Of a DNA stretch of 32,000 nt, positions 25,538-32,000 are shown piece after piece (within the stretch, counting starts at the first letter, position 1; each line of letters starts with the position of its first letter). The DNA is from an uncultured Alphaproteobacteria bacterium. GTDB taxonomy: Bacteria; Pseudomonadota; Alphaproteobacteria; Rs-D84. The stretch is from NCBI GenBank assembly GCA_963931495.1, contig OZ007020.1, forward strand, positions 570,001 through 602,000, given 5' to 3'. The translations under genes were made by a program, and so were the position numbers. The notes beneath the pieces are model-generated. The model was not told the origin of the DNA. It did not search any database and worked only from the letters and a program-made list of their open reading frames with translations.

Positions 25538-26325
25538 AATTATATTATGTGTGATGGCGATGTTGCCGTTTTCCGGATATGCGGCGGTATCTTACCCCGG
25601 GGACGAGGCGGGATCTTGGTGCAGTTCGGGTTTTACATGGTGTACCGATATGGCGGGAACATTTGGATGTTGTGCCCCCCAGACAGCGTCATGCGGGAAC
25701 GGTGCGTATTGTAAGACCGGTGGTGGCGGTGGTGGTGCCGGTACCGGCGGCAGTGCCACGTGTACACAAAAATTTTCATGCACCGGTTCGGCATCAGAGA
25801 TAAATTCTGTCAGTAATTGCGCGGTTTCGTTAACCAGTTGTTATGGTGATGCTGCAAGCAATCCAGTTGTGACGTGTACCAGATGTTTAACCGGGTATGA
25901 CATGACCGCAATGTATATCAGTCTGGATGGTGATTGTCGGAATGTATCCATACAGTATTTATTATACGTGTACCAAGGATGACGGTGGTGGTGGTGATGG
26001 CGGTGGTGATGGTGGTGGCGGTGACATCGGAACAATTTGTCAGAATTGTACCAATTCGGCGGGGGTGTGTACAATGACATCGCCAAAGTGTTGCCCACCA
26101 TGTGATGAAAGTGCCGTGGGTCCAGTGGAATGTCCGGCGGGACAGTATGGGTTTTCTGCATCAAACTGTCAACCATGTCCGGTGGGGCCAAACGGCGAAT
26201 CAACCACCAGTATAAAGGGGCAGAACAGAAGTATCACCGGATGCTATATTGCGGCGGGCACGGAATTTTCAGATGACACAGGCAGTGGTGTATATGTGGA
26301 AAAGTGTAGTTATTCTTTGATATAA
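25509..26325 (+). pseudogene. Cys-rich secreted protein P2, split by a +1 frameshift (two overlapping ORFs 25509-25982 and 25927-26325)
   Basis: The upstream ORF has a hydrophobic N-terminus and many Cys, and stops at 25980-25982. The second frame is open from 25906 and continues the same Cys/Gly-rich composition to a C-terminus homologous to P1. The start is uncertain (TTG 25509, GTG 25551 or ATG 25554). Confidence 0.55.
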
Positions 26326-26352
26326 AAAAATCCCGCATTATGCGGGATTTTT
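26326..26352. terminator. Bidirectional terminator between P2 and convergent acpS
   Basis: 10-bp stem aaatcccgca / tgcgggattt (26328-26337 / 26341-26350) with loop tta, an A-run upstream and a T-run downstream. Confidence 0.7.
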
Positions 26353-26734
26353 ACAGTTGTTCAATAATGACCATTGCCACAGAATAATTGTCTTGGTCGG
26401 TAATTGACAAGTGTATGTTGATATTATTGTTGCCGTTGGATTTTTCTTTTAATGCCGTTCGGGCACCACCGGCCAGCAATAATTCAGGGCATCCAGTGTC
26501 ATTATGTATGACCGAAACATCCGAAAACGCAATGTCGTCGCCAAATCCGGTTCCCAATGCTTTCAGGCATGCTTCGCGCGCAGCCCAAAAATTCGCCAGG
26601 TGTTTTTCAGCGTTCGCGTTATCGTTGTCGGCATATTCCAGTTCTTTTTTTGTAAATATACGCTGTTTTTTGAATGCCGACCAGTCCAGAAAACGATCGC
26701 ATTCAACCATGTCAATTCCAATACCCAGTATCAC
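26351..26734 (-). CDS. acpS: Holo-[acyl-carrier-protein] synthase (4'-phosphopantetheinyl transferase)
   Basis: ILGIGIDMVECDRF...FTKKELEY...FWAAREACLKALGTG...HLSITDQDNYSVAMVIIE is the AcpS family pattern. GTG 26734 is preceded by GGAGG at an 8-nt spacing. The longer track ORF runs antisense through tRNA-Pro. Confidence 0.85.
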   Translation of the reverse strand: MILGIGIDMVECDRFLDWSAFKKQRIFTKKELEYADNDNANAEKHLANFWAAREACLKALGTGFGDDIAFSDVSVIHNDTGCPELLLAGGARTALKEKSNGNNNINIHLSITDQDNYSVAMVIIEQL

Positions 26735-26820
26735 GGATGTATCCTCCCCTGTGTTATTGATTTTACGGTTATGGCATACTAGGCACTTTTTGCCGATTCG
26801 TGCAAGCATAAAATATATAC

Positions 26821-26849
26821 TTGCATTTAATACGGTGGGATTGTATAAA
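26821..26849 (+). promoter_or_regulatory. Candidate promoter of tRNA-Pro
   Basis: TTGCAT (26821-26826), a 17-nt spacer, then TATAAA (26844-26849). The tRNA starts 12 nt downstream. Confidence 0.5.
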
Positions 26850-26860
26850 TATGTGCATGT

Positions 26861-26937
26861 CGGGGCGTAGCTCAGCCTGGTAGAGTACTTGCATGGGGTG
26901 CAAGGGGTCGCAGGTTCAATTCCTGTCGCCCCGACCA
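26861..26937 (+). tRNA. tRNA-Pro(GGG), CCA encoded
   Basis: Acceptor CGGGGCG/CGCCCCG. Anticodon stem CTTGC/GCAAG with loop ATGGGGT. T-arm GCAGGTTCAATTCCTGT. Confidence 0.9.
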
Positions 26938-26955
26938 TTTTTGTTTATTAAACGA

Positions 26956-27390
26956 CTATTGTGTTGTTGAATCGTCGTACACAGAATACGTTGTATTTCC
27001 AATACGGATTTTTACATTCCCTGTGACATTTGGTGACATGTCGCCATAGAATAATTTATCTGAATATTCCAGGACCAATGACGGTGTTGTGCGGCGCGCA
27101 CTGCGCATGTGTACAGTTTTGTCACCAATGTGCAGTGTTCGCCCACAATCATTAATATCATCCGCCCCGGTCCCGTATCCAATTGTTGTCATGCCGCCAC
27201 CGCATGCGTTGCGTGTGCCGGTTGCGCCATAGTTTGTATAATTTTCGCCAATCCAATATTCTGGGCCAACGTTTATACAGACATCTGATTTTGGGGTATC
27301 AATGTATGAACCGCCATTAATTTGACGGATATTTTTGTACGCAATATATGTTGTTATTTTTCGCCCAATGCGGTCAAAATATTTTTGAAA
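26956..27390 (-). pseudogene. Start-less open frame (145 codons; only ATG at 27192), possible remnant of a Cys-containing protein gene
   Basis: The frame is open from the stop at 27391-27393 down to 26956, but there is no ATG, GTG or TTG before 27192. The upstream part overlaps the adk 3' end in another frame. No signal peptide and no recognised motif. Confidence 0.3.
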
Positions 27391-27911
27391 TTATCATCAA
27401 CCGCGCCCGTCACATCAATATTTGAAAACTTTATATTTGGTACCGTTTCCATCCATTCAATTGCCGGCATGGTGGTCTTCCAAAATATGTCCAGCCGTTT
27501 ACGTACCGCATTGGCGTCGGCATCATCTGTACGACCGCCGCCTTCGCGGATACGCTTTTGAATACGTTGAACCATGATTTCTTCGGGTACGTTCAAGTAT
27601 AATACATGTATATCAAATTTGTCGGCATAGTTGGTGATTAACCATTCAGCCTGGTCCAATGTGCGGGGAAATCCGTCCATCAGTATATCTTTGTCACCCG
27701 TGATGTTTTCCGCCACCAGTTTGACCAGCATGTCAAACGGTAACAATTCACCGCGCGCCATAATTTCGCCAATCGTTGGATTCGTTGCCGCGGCATCGCG
27801 CAGCATTTTTCCGGTTTCAATATATGTGTATTCGTGGCGTTCGCGCAACATGCGTGCAAATGTGCCCTTGCCGACACCCTGGCCGCCCATTAAAATGATT
27901 ATCTTTTTCAT
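27354..27911 (-). CDS. adk: Adenylate kinase family nucleoside-monophosphate kinase (short form)
   Basis: MKKIIILMGGQGVGKGTFARML is a P-loop. TGKMLR, LMDGFPRTLDQAEW and RxDD (GRTDDAD) are Adk-family motifs. ATG 27911 is preferred because the longer start would span a terminator hairpin. Confidence 0.8.
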   Translation of the reverse strand: MKKIIILMGGQGVGKGTFARMLRERHEYTYIETGKMLRDAAATNPTIGEIMARGELLPFDMLVKLVAENITGDKDILMDGFPRTLDQAEWLITNYADKFDIHVLYLNVPEEIMVQRIQKRIREGGGRTDDADANAVRKRLDIFWKTTMPAIEWMETVPNIKFSNIDVTGAVDDNFKNILTALGEK

Positions 27912-27918
27912 GCCTGGT

Positions 27919-27947
27919 ATTATATCATAAAAAAATAAATCCGGCAA
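27919..27947 (-). promoter_or_regulatory. Candidate adk promoter embedded in the rpsA terminator
   Basis: On the minus strand, TTGCCG (27947-27942), a 17-nt spacer, then TATAAT (27924-27919). The -10 ends 7 nt before the adk ATG. Confidence 0.45.
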
Positions 27948-27958
27948 GTGCCGGATTT
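27929..27958 (-). terminator. Rho-independent terminator after rpsA
   Basis: Stem aaatccgg / ccggattt (27937-27944 / 27951-27958), followed on the minus strand by a T7 run. Confidence 0.65.
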
Positions 27959-27990
27959 ATTATTAATAACCATGGACCCAGTCCAATGGA

Positions 27991-29679
27991 TTATTTTTTG
28001 CTGTTTTCAATGGCCGCGCCCAGAATATCGCCCAACACAGAACCACTGTCGGCCTGGTTTGCATATTCTTTGACAGCCTGTTTTTCCAGCGTTACTTGTA
28101 ACGCGCGCACGGACAGTTTTACCACGTTGTTATCAACGGATACAACCGACGCTTCCACGGTGTCGCCCACGTTGTATTTGCTGGTATCCTGTTCAGATTT
28201 TTCACGTGACAGGTCTGTGCGACGAATAACACCACGAATGTCGTTTGGCAATGCCAAAATCAATTCGTCTGGGGTTATTTCGGATACAGTGCCAGATACA
28301 ACCGCGCCTTTCTTTAACGATGCAGCGTTGCTGTCGGCACCCGCGGTTAATTGTTTAATGCCCAATGTAATGCGTTCTTTGTCCGGATTGATGTCCAAGA
28401 TTTTCGCAGTGACTTCTTGGCCACGGACGAATTTTTTCAATTCTTCTTCGTCCAGTTTGTTCCAAGACAAATCGGATATATGAACCATGCCGTCCAATTC
28501 TGGCGTTAATGCAATGAACAATCCGAATTCTGTGGTGTTTTTAATTGGGCCGGTTACAACGTCGCCAACATTGTGCGTTTCGGCAAACTGTTTCCACGGA
28601 TTTGGTTGCAGTTGCTTGTAACCCAATGAAATACGGCGTTTTTCTTGGTCAATCCCCAACACGACAACGTCAACATCTTGGCCAACTTGTAAAACTTTAC
28701 TTGGGTGGATGTTTTTGTTTGTCCATGACAGTTCAGACATGTGAACCAGTCCTTCTATGTTATTGCCCAAGTCAATGAATGCACCGTAATCTGTTAATGA
28801 AGATACCTTGCCTGATACTGTGTCACCAACATTGAATGCGCGTGACGCGTTTTCCCATGGGTCTTCTTCCAGTTGTTTTGCACCCAATGAAATGCGGTGT
28901 GATTCTGGATCAAATTGAATAACTTTGACCTTTATCTTTTCACCAACGTGCACCAGTTCGCGTGGATGATTTACACGTTTCCATGACAAATCTGTGACGT
29001 GCAGCAATCCGTCAATACCGCCCAGGTCAACAAACACACCGTAATCAGTGATGTTTTTAACCGTGCCTTCAATAACAGCGCCCAATGAAATGTTTTTCAT
29101 TGCTTCTTTTTGTGCGGCGGCGATTGAATCAGCCTGGATTGCGCGACGTGATACAATTGCGTTTGTACGTAATGCATCCATCTTTAATACGCGGAATTTA
29201 TCTTTCAATCCAATCAGTGATTTCGCATCGCGCACAGGTTTATGATCAACCTGGGATGATGGCATAAATGCAAATACGCCGTTGATGTCAACCGTGTATC
29301 CACCACGTACAACGTCAATAATCGTACCTTCGGGGTCAATGCCGGCGGCAACAGTCTTTTCCAGTTCTTTCCATGCTTTTTCTGCACGGGCCTTGGCATA
29401 AGATAATACGGCCGTACCTTCGCGGGATTCATAGCGTTCAACAAAAACGTCAATGATGTCACCAACACTGGGGACGGATGCGCCAAATTCTTTTAATGGA
29501 ATGCGCCCTTCGGATTTCAGGCCGACGTCAACAATCGCAAAATCACCACGAATATCTTTGATTGTGCCCTTGGTTGCGTAACCCTGTAATGTTTCTTGGG
29601 TGCCATAGTCGTTGTTAAACATCTGGACAAAATCTTCGCCAGATAATGGATTAAATAAATCTTTGGATAAATCTTTCAT
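27991..29679 (-). CDS. rpsA: 30S ribosomal protein S1
   Basis: Six S1/OB repeats, for example G.V.G.V......G.FVD.G...GL.H.S. ATG 29679 is preferred; GTG 29691 is the track alternative. Confidence 0.95.
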   Translation of the reverse strand: MKDLSKDLFNPLSGEDFVQMFNNDYGTQETLQGYATKGTIKDIRGDFAIVDVGLKSEGRIPLKEFGASVPSVGDIIDVFVERYESREGTAVLSYAKARAEKAWKELEKTVAAGIDPEGTIIDVVRGGYTVDINGVFAFMPSSQVDHKPVRDAKSLIGLKDKFRVLKMDALRTNAIVSRRAIQADSIAAAQKEAMKNISLGAVIEGTVKNITDYGVFVDLGGIDGLLHVTDLSWKRVNHPRELVHVGEKIKVKVIQFDPESHRISLGAKQLEEDPWENASRAFNVGDTVSGKVSSLTDYGAFIDLGNNIEGLVHMSELSWTNKNIHPSKVLQVGQDVDVVVLGIDQEKRRISLGYKQLQPNPWKQFAETHNVGDVVTGPIKNTTEFGLFIALTPELDGMVHISDLSWNKLDEEELKKFVRGQEVTAKILDINPDKERITLGIKQLTAGADSNAASLKKGAVVSGTVSEITPDELILALPNDIRGVIRRTDLSREKSEQDTSKYNVGDTVEASVVSVDNNVVKLSVRALQVTLEKQAVKEYANQADSGSVLGDILGAAIENSKK

Positions 29680-29782
29680 AAAGAAATTCACACAAAGTTT
29701 GCCGTCGCGATATATTTATAACTGCGCGAGGACTTGTGGGGTTAATCGGATTCGTCCCGCGCCCACCCGCGAAACTGTGCCG

Positions 29783-29811
29783 ATTATATACGAAAATTTT
29801 TGAAAAAGCAA
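29783..29811 (-). promoter_or_regulatory. Candidate rpsA promoter
   Basis: On the minus strand, TTGCTT (29811-29806), a 17-nt spacer, then TATAAT (29788-29783). This gives a ~95-nt leader. Confidence 0.5.
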
Positions 29812-29851
29812 GTATTTATAACAAACAAGGGCGCGTCGGCGCCATTATTTG

Positions 29852-30307
29852 TTATTTCGCAATTATACGTGCGCGTTCGCCATAGTCGGCATCCAGAACA
29901 TATACAGATTGCCCCACAGAAAATACAGTATCGTCACCCTGGGTTAATGTGACAGATTTGCCAGAATCCAGTTTAACAATGTATTCCAGGCCACTTTGCG
30001 CGGACAGACCGGCCTGGGCTTTACCACCCAGGTAACCGCCCAACACCGCGCCACCAACCGCGCCAATTGTCTGGGTTAACCCGTTGTCGCCCAGCATACT
30101 GCCGGCAACACCGCCAACAATCCCACCGGCCGTTTGACCGATTTCTGTATCGTCGTCGGCAATGGTCACAGGACGTGCGCTTATTATCGTGCCACTGGAT
30201 ACCGTGTTTACCGCCCCTGTGCCACTGGTGGCATAGTGATTTATGTCTAAATCAGCCCCGCATGCCGCCAGTCCCAGTGTTGTTATTAATAATAAAACTT
30301 TTTTCAT
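29852..30307 (-). CDS. Outer-membrane lipoprotein with glycine-zipper domain (SlyB/Pcp/17-kDa-antigen-like)
   Basis: Lipobox LGLAAC after MKKVLLLITT. Glycine-zipper region GGIVGGVAGSMLG...GAVGGAVLGGYLGG. Confidence 0.8.
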   Translation of the reverse strand: MKKVLLLITTLGLAACGADLDINHYATSGTGAVNTVSSGTIISARPVTIADDDTEIGQTAGGIVGGVAGSMLGDNGLTQTIGAVGGAVLGGYLGGKAQAGLSAQSGLEYIVKLDSGKSVTLTQGDDTVFSVGQSVYVLDADYGERARIIAK

Positions 30308-30335
30308 TGCGCCCCCCGTGTTAGTTGTGCATTTC

Positions 30336-30806
30336 TTAGCGTGAAAATTGCACGCGTGTGTTGTTGTGCAATACGTTCTTTAACGCCATTACTGGAATAC
30401 CCGACATTGCCGAGTTGTGGTAAATACGTAATACCTTGGAATACATCAAGTTATTTGGGTTGATGATATTGCCGCGCGAATCAATTATGTTACGCAATTC
30501 GTCCGTTTTCAGGGCATGGGCCAAATCCATAACCAATCCGGGATTCAGACCAGTTGATTCAAACGGATTTGCGTGTGTGGTATACGGCAAGTTATATTTT
30601 GCGTGCACCTTGGTATATCCCGGCAGATTTTTGAACGATGACCATGACACAGGATTTATTTCATATATATCCCCAGATAAAACATAATCCTGGGCCGCCA
30701 AAGATGTGCGACGAATCAAATCGGCATTGCGCGCATAGTATTGTGGACTTAATGTTTTCAGGCACATCGCGCGCAGTTCAAATATAGGCATTAATTTTGT
30801 TTCCAT
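30336..30806 (-). CDS. Hypothetical cytoplasmic protein (156 aa)
   Basis: ORF from ATG 30806 (METKLMPIFEL...). The longer track start would run through the upstream terminator hairpin. No motif recognised. Confidence 0.5.
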   Translation of the reverse strand: METKLMPIFELRAMCLKTLSPQYYARNADLIRRTSLAAQDYVLSGDIYEINPVSWSSFKNLPGYTKVHAKYNLPYTTHANPFESTGLNPGLVMDLAHALKTDELRNIIDSRGNIINPNNLMYSKVLRIYHNSAMSGIPVMALKNVLHNNTRVQFSR

Positions 30807-30877
30807 GATACAACACCCCCATTGGTCTGTTAATTGCCATGTTGTGTTATAGCACCCATAACGCCATTGGTCAATAT

Positions 30878-30905
30878 TAAAAAACACCCCCGAATTCGGG
30901 GGTGT
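30878..30905 (-). terminator. Terminator after the OMP gene
   Basis: Perfect palindrome acacccccgaattcgggggtgt (30884-30905), followed on the minus strand by a T-run. Confidence 0.7.
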
Positions 30906-30925
30906 AATTCATGCATAAAAGATAC

Positions 30926-31621
30926 CTAGAATGTATATCTTAACCCCAGGTATACTTGGTGTGAACCATCAACGGCGATATCCATAGAATGTTCCTTGTT
31001 ATCAAATATCGTGTCCAGCATTGGGTCACCAGAATCGGCAAACGGATTTTCAAAATTTATGGTGCCATTGTTTAAGTATCTGTACCCTAAATCAATCGCA
31101 AATGCATCGGTTACATTATATGCGATACCGGCGCCAACCTGCCACGCCACGCCTGTGCCACCGGTCAGGTCCATATCGCCATCGGAAACGCTTGTCCAAC
31201 CATAACCAATACCGGCGGTTACATATGGTGTGATTGGTGTGCCTGTTTTGATGTCACCAGCCAGGTTGAACAGTGCGGTATGATTAAATATTTCCAGCGG
31301 TTCTGCATCGTCTGTTTGCAAGCCGTTGTATATGTATTCTAATTCCGCGCGGGCATTAAAATAATCGCTGGTAAAGAATGTTGCACCAACGGCGCCGCCA
31401 ACCATAAAACCACTTGTTTCCCATTCCAGGTCGTCGCGAAGGAAAGCTTTAAGTTGGTCGCCCTTCAGTTCCATAGATTCCCTTGTGAAAGAATCTACAC
31501 TCATATTCGTTTGGATGTCGTATCCACCGCGTACCGTAACATATGGATCAAATCCCACCGCGGCGTTTGCAGATGACACGGCGAAAACTGCTAATAAAGA
31601 GGTTAATAAATATTTTTTCAT
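30926..31621 (-). CDS. Small outer-membrane beta-barrel protein (Omp25/Omp31/OmpW-like porin family)
   Basis: Signal peptide MKKYLLTSLLAVFAVSSANA. Alternating amphipathic beta-strand pattern with Gly/aromatic girdles. C-terminal YLGLRYTF, ending in the terminal Phe typical of BAM substrates. Confidence 0.8.
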   Translation of the reverse strand: MKKYLLTSLLAVFAVSSANAAVGFDPYVTVRGGYDIQTNMSVDSFTRESMELKGDQLKAFLRDDLEWETSGFMVGGAVGATFFTSDYFNARAELEYIYNGLQTDDAEPLEIFNHTALFNLAGDIKTGTPITPYVTAGIGYGWTSVSDGDMDLTGGTGVAWQVGAGIAYNVTDAFAIDLGYRYLNNGTINFENPFADSGDPMLDTIFDNKEHSMDIAVDGSHQVYLGLRYTF

Positions 31622-31697
31622 ATTTTCTCCTTTTTATAAATCGTGCACTGATTTTAACCAGTACGATATTATTATGGAGTAAAAATTCCTGGTTGGC

Positions 31698-31723
31698 AAG
31701 AAAAAACGCCCATGCGGGCGTTT
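31698..31723 (-). terminator. Terminator after thyA
   Basis: Stem aaacgccc / gggcgttt (31704-31711 / 31716-31723) with loop atgc and a T-run on the minus strand. Confidence 0.65.
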
Positions 31724-31730
31724 CCAGAGC

Positions 31731-32000
31731 CTAGCGCGCGACATCGCCGCGTAATTTTTCATGACAGATATAATTTTTTAACTTAAATCCGCCGTTGGCC
31801 GACCAATCCAGCATGCCACGCCAATTATCATCCGGAATTTCAACCGTGGGCAATTTGTATGGCGTGCGCTTTAACTGTTCCCGAACCTGGGGGATATGAT
31901 TGGTATAGATATGTGCGTCGTGCAATTCGCCCTTTAATACGCCGGGTTTCAGATTGGCTTCTTTGGCGTATAACAGTAACAATAACGCATAACTGGCAAT
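31731..32000 (-). CDS. thyA: Thymidylate synthase ThyA, C-terminal part (5' end beyond window)
   Basis: IASYALLLLLYAKEANLKPGVLKGELHDAHIYTNHIPQVREQLKRTPYKLP matches the conserved ThyA C-terminal region (compare IASYALL... GDAHLYSNH). The frame is open to the window edge. Confidence 0.9.
   Translation of the reverse strand: MASYALLLLLYAKEANLKPGVLKGELHDAHIYTNHIPQVREQLKRTPYKLPTVEIPDDNWRGMLDWSANGGFKLKNYICHEKLRGDVAR

Noticed and set aside
25719-26025. GGT/GGC-rich repeats considered as a CRISPR-like or tandem-repeat locus
   Set aside because: These are short, imperfect, in-frame codon repeats encoding Gly/Asp linkers within a CDS. There is no repeat-spacer periodicity.
25841-26203. His-rich 120-aa minus-strand ORF (HRHHHHHRHHHHHRH)
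   Set aside because: It is the reverse-frame reading of the GGT/GGC Gly-Asp repeat in the P2 gene and is not an independent gene.
17733-26861. Genomic island bounded by tRNA-Val and tRNA-Pro
   Set aside because: There is no integrase or transposase and no direct repeat of either tRNA 3' end that I could find. The interval also includes the core gene gcrA. The accessory-like genes may be lineage-specific but are not demonstrably a mobile island.
26735-26938. N-terminal extension of the acpS ORF (MVGATGIEPATPCTPCKYSTRLSYAP...)
   Set aside because: This peptide is the antisense translation of tRNA-Pro (26861-26937), a classic artefact. A GTG with a GGAGG ribosome-binding site at 26734 gives a normal-length AcpS.

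Overview
The window looks like a chromosomal segment from an alphaproteobacterium of moderate-to-low GC. The lineage call rests on a GcrA-type cell-cycle regulator, a bactofilin/M23-peptidase pair, a small beta-barrel OMP of the Omp25/31-like kind and a glycine-zipper lipoprotein. Recognisable housekeeping genes are mscL (5' partial), tlyA, leuS, rpiB, lpxA-lpxB, acpS, adk, rpsA and thyA (partial), plus five tRNAs: a Leu-Ala-Leu-Val cluster and a single Pro. Between them lies an unusual number of uncharacterised exported proteins, mostly cysteine-rich. I saw no transposase, integrase, CRISPR array, rRNA or recognisable defence or toxin-antitoxin genes. The strongest unexplained signal is a fully conserved 14-bp palindromic box, TAAACGGTGGTTTA. 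It occurs exactly four times, as two inverted pairs with an identical 84-bp centre-to-centre spacing. Each pair sits in the leader of one of two paralogous Cys-rich secreted-protein genes. One of these genes heads an operon with two glycosyltransferases and the other is frameshifted. Other leads are a five-gene minus-strand cluster (A24 prepilin peptidase followed by four unknown Sec-exported proteins), an 861-aa Cys-rich secreted protein, a large bitopic protein abutting gcrA, and a ~1.47-kb ORF-free, G+T-skewed region near the left end. All functional calls come from motif recognition by eye in the supplied translations. No database search was run.
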